DNA from: Gekko japonicus
Taxonomy: Eukaryota
Length of the DNA: 64,000 nucleotides
Assembly (NCBI RefSeq): GCF_001447785.1
Contig: NW_015167081.1
Coordinates: 398,261-462,260, forward strand
Reading direction: 5' to 3'
The notes beneath the pieces are model-generated. The model was not told the DNA's origin. It did not search any database and saw only the letters and a program-made list of their open reading frames with translations. The translations under genes and the position numbers were made by a program. Positions 56,872-64,000 of the stretch are shown here, one piece after another (positions within the stretch are counted from its first letter, which is position 1; each line of letters opens with the position of its first letter).

Positions 56872-57175
56872 AAAGCTTTTGATAGTTCCTCATCAAAGGC
56901 TCATAAGTAAGCTCGATAGTCATGGGATGAAAGGACAAGTCCTCTTGTGGATCAAAAACTGGCTAATGAATAGGAAACAGAGAGTGAGTATAAATGGGCA
57001 GTTTTCTCAGTGGAGGGTGGTAAGCAGTGGGGTACTGCAGGGATCAGTCGTGGGCCCGATGCTTTTTAACTTGTTCATTAATGATTTGGAGTTGGGAGTA
57101 AGCAGTGAAGTGGCTAAATTTGCAGATGACATGAAATTGTTCAGGGTGGTGAAAACCAGGGGGGGTTGTGAGGCA
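56872..57175 (+). mobile_element. CR1 RT fragment next to the gap
   Basis: PHQRLISKL...WIKNWL..RKQRV...SGVLQGSVVGPMLFNLFINDL...KFADD. Confidence 0.9.
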
Positions 57176-57869
57176 TACCTCTTTTTTCCAGCTCCATTGT
57201 AGCCTATGGGGACCATTATAGTCAATGGGACCCATAGGCTATAACAGAGAATTGATCTGGGAGTATCTGGGCATTGGTGGGGGCTGGGGTTTTATTTTAG
57301 GTAGAGGCACCAAATTTGCAGCATACCTGCTAGTGCCTCTCCTCAAAAATCTCCCCAAGTTTCAAAAGGATTGGACCAGGGGGTCCAATTCTACGGACCC
57401 CCAAAGGAGGGGCCCCCATCCTCCATTGTTTCCAATGGGCTGAAGCCGTATCTTTGGGCTGAAGCAGAAATTTTCTGAGCTGACTGTTAAAATTTTGTGT
57501 GCCAGCACCACCTAGTGCATCTTAGAGGGAACTATGCTTGCAAGTCACATGTTTTCCAGCTGGCTCAACCGTTCAGTGTGGAGGATGTTGGTGGTTAGCC
57601 CTGACTGCATTGTCCTTGTCCCCAGGTCCTCCTCAATTTTTTTGGAAGGTTCGCAGACTCTTATCACTTCTGACAGTGACAGTCATAATACAGCAAGTTG
57701 GCCACCCACTGTCTAGTAACTAGACTCTAGCTTGACTGCTCCACCTTTAGACACAATATCCTGTTCTCAGAAATCCACAGTGGCAACTGTGTGTTGGGAA
57801 ATTGGTAGAAATAGTTAGATATTCAGAGTTTGCAATGGTTCTTTGTTCACTGGAGAGGAGGCATTTTCT

Positions 57870-59770
57870 TACTATGTAAAAAATGTAAAAAATTTACAAA
57901 ACAACAAACACTTAAGATTACATGCTTGCAACAACAGACACACAGATAATAATGGAGATTCTTCCTTTCTTCTTGACCCCATGGGGCAGCCATAAGGTGG
58001 CTGCAACTTGATGGCACATTTAAAAACAAATCCCGCCCTTAGCATGAAAACTATGTAATTATATTGCAGGTATTCAGTGAGGTAGCTGGACAAAGTTTAT
58101 AATGGAAGGAATAAGCTTCTTCCTCATTTGTATCTGGCAAAGTGAGCTTTTTCTTAACATTCTATTTTGTTGAAGAACTGAATTACAAATTAAGATTGCA
58201 ATTTTAGCTAGTAATATATACATACTTCTTACATCACAATTTCTTCTTTTGTTTTTTTGATGGATGTGCATATACATTTTTAATTGCTTTAATTGCTTCT
58301 ATCTCTTCAGTTCTTCTATTAACCTTTGTTGCATTTTAAGTATTTTAAGCAAAACGTTTCAGCATAACCACGAAATTAAAATAAAATACACAGGCTCAAA
58401 ACCAATCATAGTACTTCTTACTCTTTCTTTGAACCTGAGTTCAGTCTGAGGGAGGCCCATGGACCAAAAGGACTTAACCTTTCACCCAAGGACTGTGGAA
58501 TGGAGGGCACCTACCTGCATTCACTCGCCACTACCTGGTCACCCTACTTCAGATATGACAAGGGCAGTCCTCAGAGAAACACATGAATGCTTCTTGTTTA
58601 AAAGTAGTCTATATGTTCATCCAACTCTTCTCAGTCTTCAGAATGGCAGATTCTGGTTGCCTTAAACAGAGGTGATCTTGTTTTCCTTTTGTTGTCTGTC
58701 TTCTCCCCTAGTTCACCTGGTGATTTATTCAAAACAGCCAGCAACTGCTCTCCAGATGCCTGGTCAAAAGTTGTGTAAATCACCTGCTTATATTCCACAC
58801 AGAGTTTGCCCGTATTCATCCAATGATACTTGATGTCTGACTCCCGGAGTTTAGTCGTAATTGGTTTCAACTCCCTTCTTATCTTAAGGAATTCTGGTGG
58901 AAGATCAGGGATCACCTGTATCTTTACATCTTGATATTCCAAACTGTTTTTTTCCTCTTGCTTGTGTTAATATCCCTTGTCTGGTTCTGAAGTCCTTGCA
59001 AACTACACCAATCTCTTGATAATAAACTGAAGTATTCGCTGTTTCCTCTTGTTGTCTGCCCACCCGAGAAGCCTTTTGAATCCAAAGAAAGAATGCGTTC
59101 TCTAGCCCATAAATCAGGGGAGTTACAAGCCGTTTGTTTCTTCAGCACAGATACCTTCTTTAAAGCATTATCAGCTGTTTGCTTAGTTTGCTAAAGGTAA
59201 AGGTTTCCTTGCTCGAAAGCCAGTCGAATCCGACTCTAGGGTTGCGGTGCTCATCTCCGTTTCAAAGCCGAAGAGCCAGCGCTGTCCGAAGACGTTTCCG
59301 TGGTCATGTGGCCGGCATGACTAAACACCAAGGCGCACGGAACGCTGTTACCTTCCCACCGAAGTGGTACCTATTTATCTACTTGCAATTTCTTGCTTTC
59401 AAACTGCTAGGTTGGCAGGAAGTTTGCTAAAACTGTTCTTCTAATTCATCCATATGCTGGAATGCTGGTTTTAGCATTTCCACAATGTCCATTCTTAACT
59501 CTTGTCGCTGTTTAGCCAAGGCTTCTAAAAGAAAGTTTGTTGTAAGAGTAGTCTCTTCCTTATCAGTATTTCCTGAGTCCATTGTGGAGGAGGTTCCAGC
59601 TTCAGCTTGAGCAAAAAACTGTCAAAGAAGGTATATTATCCATTTTTTGCTTTGCCTTCTGCTTCTCCTTCTTATCTTGCCTTGGAGACATATTTTCAGA
59701 ATCTCAAATAACTTCAAAAGGGTTGAAAATAATAAATTAAGAGCGAACAGATGGCGAGCTGCGAGTAATG
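57870..59770 (-). mobile_element. L1-like element: decayed ORF1 followed by an AT-rich 3' region, no ORF2
   Basis: L1 ORF1 C-terminal signature IQVIPDLPPEFLKIRRELKPITTKLRESDIKYHW (58631-58942); basic N-terminus near 59690; interrupted by a Sauria SINE. Confidence 0.7.
59196..59420 (-). mobile_element. 5'-truncated Sauria SINE nested in L1 ORF1
   Basis: 11-bp TSD AGTTTGCTAAA (59185-59195 and 59421-59431). Confidence 0.9.
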
Positions 59771-60254
59771 GCTATCAACCACCACTGGTTGTAGACCCAC
59801 CCCCCGCAAAGAGAGCTTTGACTCATGAAAGCTTGTACCCTTGTAAATATCCTTGTAAATGTTGCTGGTCTTTAAGGTACTGCTGGATTTGAATTTCGTT
59901 CTCTTAATGCTAAGGAATGTGAGGTTTCTGGGGTTTGTGACTTAAGTCTGATTGTCCCCACAATGGGAGTTCAGTGCACCAGGTATATAAACAGCTACTT
60001 ACCTGATGACCTTAGGTGAGTGACAATCTCCTCCAAGTGACCAAGAAGAGCAATCTTTAAAAAAACTGGTTTTGCAGGCTGAAAATTACTAGCTATAGTA
60101 TGTACAGTGAGAGGAACTAATAACCAAAATGTCCTTTATTTGTCTGGCTGTTGGTGTTCATAGAAAAGTTAACACCCAGGATATTCTTGTCTGATTGCTT
60201 TCTTTCAAAACACTCTCCTCCTTCAACATTAGTCTGTTTCGCTTCATTTCACAG

Positions 60255-60353
60255 AGTGTCCTGAGGAAGTGTATGACCCCCGGTCACTCTATGAAAGACT
60301 TCAGGAGCAGAAAGATAAGAAGCAGCAGGAGTTTGAAGAGCAGTTCAAATTCA
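60255..60353 (+). CDS. PSME3IP1: PSME3IP1 coding exon 2 ([32 protein letters not shown])
   Basis: NIP30-family motif [14 protein letters not shown]; TTTCACAG acceptor, A|GTAAGT donor; 99 nt. Confidence 0.96.
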
Positions 60354-61126
60354 GTAAGTTCCAGTAAATGTCTCTGAGCCTTGGTGCAGAAAAATGCATT
60401 CCGGATCTTTGGTAGGTGCAGCCATTGTTCTCCTCCTAAGTAGAAGGACTTAGAATTGACCTTCTGTGGGTTCATAAAAGCACAACTCAGGCTCTACAAA
60501 TGTAGCTCCTGTCAGTTTCCGCTCCGTGGCCCACAGAGAGTGACGACATGGCACAGCGGCTAGAGTGCCGGACTGAGACCAGAGGGGCCTGGATTCGTCT
60601 CCTCTCCCTCGCATGAAGCTTTCTAGGTGATCGCAGCATCGAGTTATTTCACAAGCTTGTTGTGAGGATAAAACAGAAGGGAGGGCCATGTATGCCATTT
60701 CGAATTCTTTGGAGAGAGGGTGGAATAAAAATCTAATAAATAACTAAAAAAAAATTGGCCCCTGCCAAAGTGCCACACATTCNNNNNNNNNNNNNNNNCT
60801 CTCTCTCTCTCTCTCTCTCTCTCTCAGCCTAGCCTCCCTCACAAGATTGTTGTGGGAATAAAATGGGGGAGGACAAGTCTGGAGGGAGGACAACAAACAC
60901 TGGGCCAACTAAAATAAGCAGGTTAAATAATATTTGAACTGTTTGCTTTGGTGACGGAATTAGTGTGGCCCTACCCTCCTTTACAATGGGCATTTTTTGT
61001 AAAGCACTGAAAAAAAAAATCCCTCTGGCCAGAACGGCTCTGACTCGGCAGCTGCTGTGCTGCTCTCGCATTCCGTGAGACTCCCAGACGGCTTACAAAA
61101 GCCTCTTTGTCTGTCTTTACCTGCAG

Positions 61127-61248
61127 AAAATATGGTCAGGGGCCTAGACGAGGATGAGACCAAGTTTCTCGACGAGGTTTCTCGGCAGCAGACCCTCATA
61201 GAAAAGCAGCGTCGAGAAGAAGATCTGAAAGAACTGAACGAATACAGA
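61127..61248 (+). CDS. PSME3IP1: PSME3IP1 coding exon 3 ([40 protein letters not shown]); gene continues right of the window
   Basis: Family motif RGLDEDExxFL; CTGCAG acceptor; followed by U12-type donor ATATCCTT; 122 nt. Confidence 0.95.
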
Positions 61249-61256
61249 ATATCCTT
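61249..61256 (+). other. U12-type (minor spliceosome) AT-AC 5' splice site ATATCCTT
   Basis: Matches RTATCCTT exactly where protein similarity ends; no GT donor at the junction. Confidence 0.85.
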
Positions 61257-61856
61257 AGCGCTGCTGCGGTTTCTTTCCTCTTCTGCCTTGAGAGGTTTTT
61301 TTTTAAAGGGGGGGCAGCTCACTCAGCACAGGGAGGGGGGACATCAGGACATTGTAAAGAGCCAGTGCATGTCCAAATAGACAATCCTGGGCTGGAGTGA
61401 CCAGTGGTCTGTCTTGGTATGAGGCAGCTTTAGATGTTCCTTTATGGTCCTCCTTTTTCTGGGGACATGGGCTTTAAGATTGGCTCCCCGAAGGTATCTC
61501 CCCATCCAGGTTAGCTGATGAGGCTAAGCTTCAGCATTTGAAGCCATGTTACATGGCTTTGGCCTCCTTCCATCTTGGAGGCAAGGCAGCTTCCCCTCTG
61601 AAGCACCCTAAAAGACTATGTTGTATTCTGGGTATACGTTTTTGTGTGCACACAGAAGCTCATACCCAGAATAAAACTTCGTTGGTCTTCAAGGTGTCAC
61701 TGGGCTCAGACTTTGTTCTGCTGCTTCAGACCAACGTGGCTACCTGCCTGAATCTCTCATGTGTTCATCAGAAGCAAGTGAATTCTAGTCCCCAAAAGGT
61801 AGTATGCCCTCTTGCAGCAAAAACAAACTGGTGTGGTAGTTTTAAAGACTAACAGA

Positions 61857-62222
61857 GGCCCCGGGCACACGGGCCGGATATTGCGGGGGGGAGGCGTGGC
61901 TAATTGCCCTGGCGCAGTTTGATCCGTGATTACGCGATCAGACGTGCTGGCGGCACAGCACTGGTCCTTCCCTCGGCGCCAGCGGGTAAATGAGGGACCG
62001 GAAGGGAATGCCGCGCGCCGGCGCGATCACACCACGGGCGTCTGGAGGCAGCCCGTGGCAAACGTTTACTAGTACCTTGGAGGTACTAGTTTTTTAAGGC
62101 GCATTGTCGGCGGTAAACCACGGGTGCGCTCCACTTCCCAGATGTTGGGGTGTGATCGCGCCCGGATAATCCGGCCGTCTTCTGTGCCTCTCCCACGGCA
62201 ACTTTGCCGTGTGACCGGGGCC
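61857..62222. mobile_element. GC-rich MITE, shorter relative of 10017-10745 in the opposite orientation
   Basis: 16-bp TIR GGCCCCGG(G/T)CACACGG; internal palindrome at 62068-62090. Confidence 0.75.
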
Positions 62223-62676
62223 ATTGTACTTTGTAGCCCTGGGTAGCAATTTCAGAGGGCTTTCCTTTACTTAGTATCACCTAGGCAAGACCCTCATCTA
62301 TGGGGTGTTTGCTTGCTGCATTTTGGTGCACTATCGGATTTGCATACAGACTTTTAAAAAACATTTTTAATTAAAAACATGCACAGAAATATAAAAAAGA
62401 GAGTTACCTCTATATAAAAAGCACATGCATAGAAAGGACCGGTTCCCATTACAACACTAGTTGATTAAATAGCCTTACAAGTTCTTATTTAAAAAAATAT
62501 AATCTAAGAGTTTTCATCCAAATGACACATCAACAACAGTTACTCTGTATGCAGTTTAATAGTTCCACGCTAGCACTCTTAGACAGGGCAAGATGGTTCC
62601 AACATAATATAAAGGGTGACCAGGTTCCCATGTAGATTTTAGCCAACCAGAATTTCCACAACCCTATATATTATAA

Positions 62677-63018
62677 CGGAGCTTTGATGGCTCAGTGGTT
62701 AAGAAGTTGAACTGCAGGCTGGAAAGTCTGTAGTTCAGCAGTTCGAGACCCGAGTGCCGCATGATGGAGTGAGCTCCTGTCTCTGCTTCCAGCTCTTGCC
62801 AACCTAGCAGTTCGAAAGCAAGAAATTGCAAGTAGATAAATAGGTACCACTTCGGTGGGAAGGTAACAGCGTTCCGTGCACCTTGGCGTCTAGTCGTGCC
62901 GGCCACATGACCACGGAAACGTCTTTGGACAGCGCTGGCTCTTCGGCTTGGAAACGGAGATGAGCACCACAACCCTAAAGTTGGATTTGACTGGCTTTCG
63001 AGCAAGGAAAACCTTTAC
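62677..63018 (+). mobile_element. Full-length Sauria SINE
   Basis: Same family; imperfect TSD CCTATATATT(T)ATA. Confidence 0.9.
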
Positions 63019-63759
63019 CTATATATTTATATCACAATTTTGTTCATTATCGTGACAAGCCAGGCCTTCTCTAATTGCTGTCATTTTGCTCTGCTGAATT
63101 TTTATTCTTCTTTTGCTGCCTCCAGCATTGTGTCAAAATCATTCTAGCGGCCACGGTCAGAGGTATTTATCACAGTCACGTATTCTTTCTTAATTTTTTG
63201 GAGTATCCTCACCCAGTAGAGAGATCGTTGGGGTTGGGCTGCAAACTGCCTTCTTTCTCCTATGTTTATTAAGGGCACTGCTGTTTGGGAGTTATATTTA
63301 GCTTCTGTGGCTGCTTCAGGGTGTGCTGGATGCTGTGATGAGATGGAGGGGACACAGCAGCTGTGTTCAGAGGGTCATCCAAGTCCTGCATCAGGCTGGA
63401 AGGGACTAGCTTGGTGCCCTCGTATGCCAGACGAGGGAAACGTTGGTCCCAGCGTGCGCCTGGAGCCGATCCCTGATCTTGTGTAGCGAAGCCTGTTAAA
63501 ACAGCCTTTGCTCTGTAGAGAAGGACAAATTGAACACACTGAATGGGGGGGGCGGGGTCGCCTGCAATTTGCTTGTACCTTTTAGGTCAGTGCAGTGCTG
63601 TTCTCTTTCTTCCTAAATGACCCAGAATGGTGGGAGGACATTGAAGTGGGCCAGGTTTGCTGATGAAGGTAGGTAAACCCCCCCCAAGCAAGATAGTGAG
63701 GAGCTCCAAGGTTATTCTAAGCTGGATAGACAGTGCTGTAGCAAACGGCATAAGTATAA

Positions 63760-63925
63760 AAAAAAGTTTCAGAGGGGCAGCCGTGTTGATCTGTAGCAGA
63801 ACAGCTAGATTCGAATCCAGTAGCTCCTTTAGGGACCAACAAGCTTTTGGGGAGGTTAAGCTTTCAGTCAACCCTCCCTTTGTCAGATGCCAACAAAGGG
63901 AGCTTTGACTCTCGAAAGCTTATTG
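63760..63925. mobile_element. Penelope-like terminal remnants in inverted arrangement
   Basis: A minus-strand copy (CTGACAAAGGGAG...GAAAGCTT...TTGTTGGTCCCTAAAGG) abuts a plus-strand copy (CAAAGGGAGCTTTGACTCTCGAAAGCTTAT). Confidence 0.6.
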
Positions 63926-64000
63926 TCAGAGTCCCGTAGCAATCGGTCTCAACAATGTTCCTTCAGAAAGGATCAAGTTTATTGAGTACAGTAAAGGCAG

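Noticed and set aside
56264-57202. 312-aa ORF joining the PSME3IP1 N-terminus to a reverse transcriptase
   Set aside because: Artefact of translating through an N gap.

Overview
Squamate reptile genomic DNA, very probably a gecko (gecko-type Squam3 SINEs, Sauria SINE, Squam2, CR1, L2, RTE-X and Penelope remnants), from a draft assembly with four N-gaps. It is the conserved vertebrate block ARL2BP - RSPRY1 - PSME3IP1 (FAM192A/NIP30/PIP30). (1) RSPRY1 (RING + SPRY) is complete on the minus strand: 14 coding exons from 39251 to 13229, all GT-AG, with one apparent 1-nt frameshift in exon 16183-16284. (2) PSME3IP1 is on the plus strand, head-to-head with RSPRY1 across a CpG-island promoter (~50.7-51.8 kb). 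Three coding exons are visible, the last followed by a U12-type AT-AC donor. (3) The 5' end of ARL2BP is on the minus strand: a CpG promoter at ~7.5-8.1 kb with an RFX X-box, and the first coding exon at 306-343. Best leads: a uORF arrangement in RSPRY1, including a 39-codon uORF whose stop overlaps the main AUG as AUGA, that could favour a downstream MGNSCVC myristoyl/palmitoyl start; a possible 33-aa NLS-bearing N-terminal extension of PSME3IP1; the minor-spliceosome intron; a candidate recursive splice site; a three-level nested retroelement; and decayed hammerhead-like motifs in Penelope ends. There is no prokaryotic-type system (CRISPR etc.). Gene and repeat-family names come from recalled sequences, not database searches. 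Repeat boundaries are approximate unless a TSD or TIR is given.
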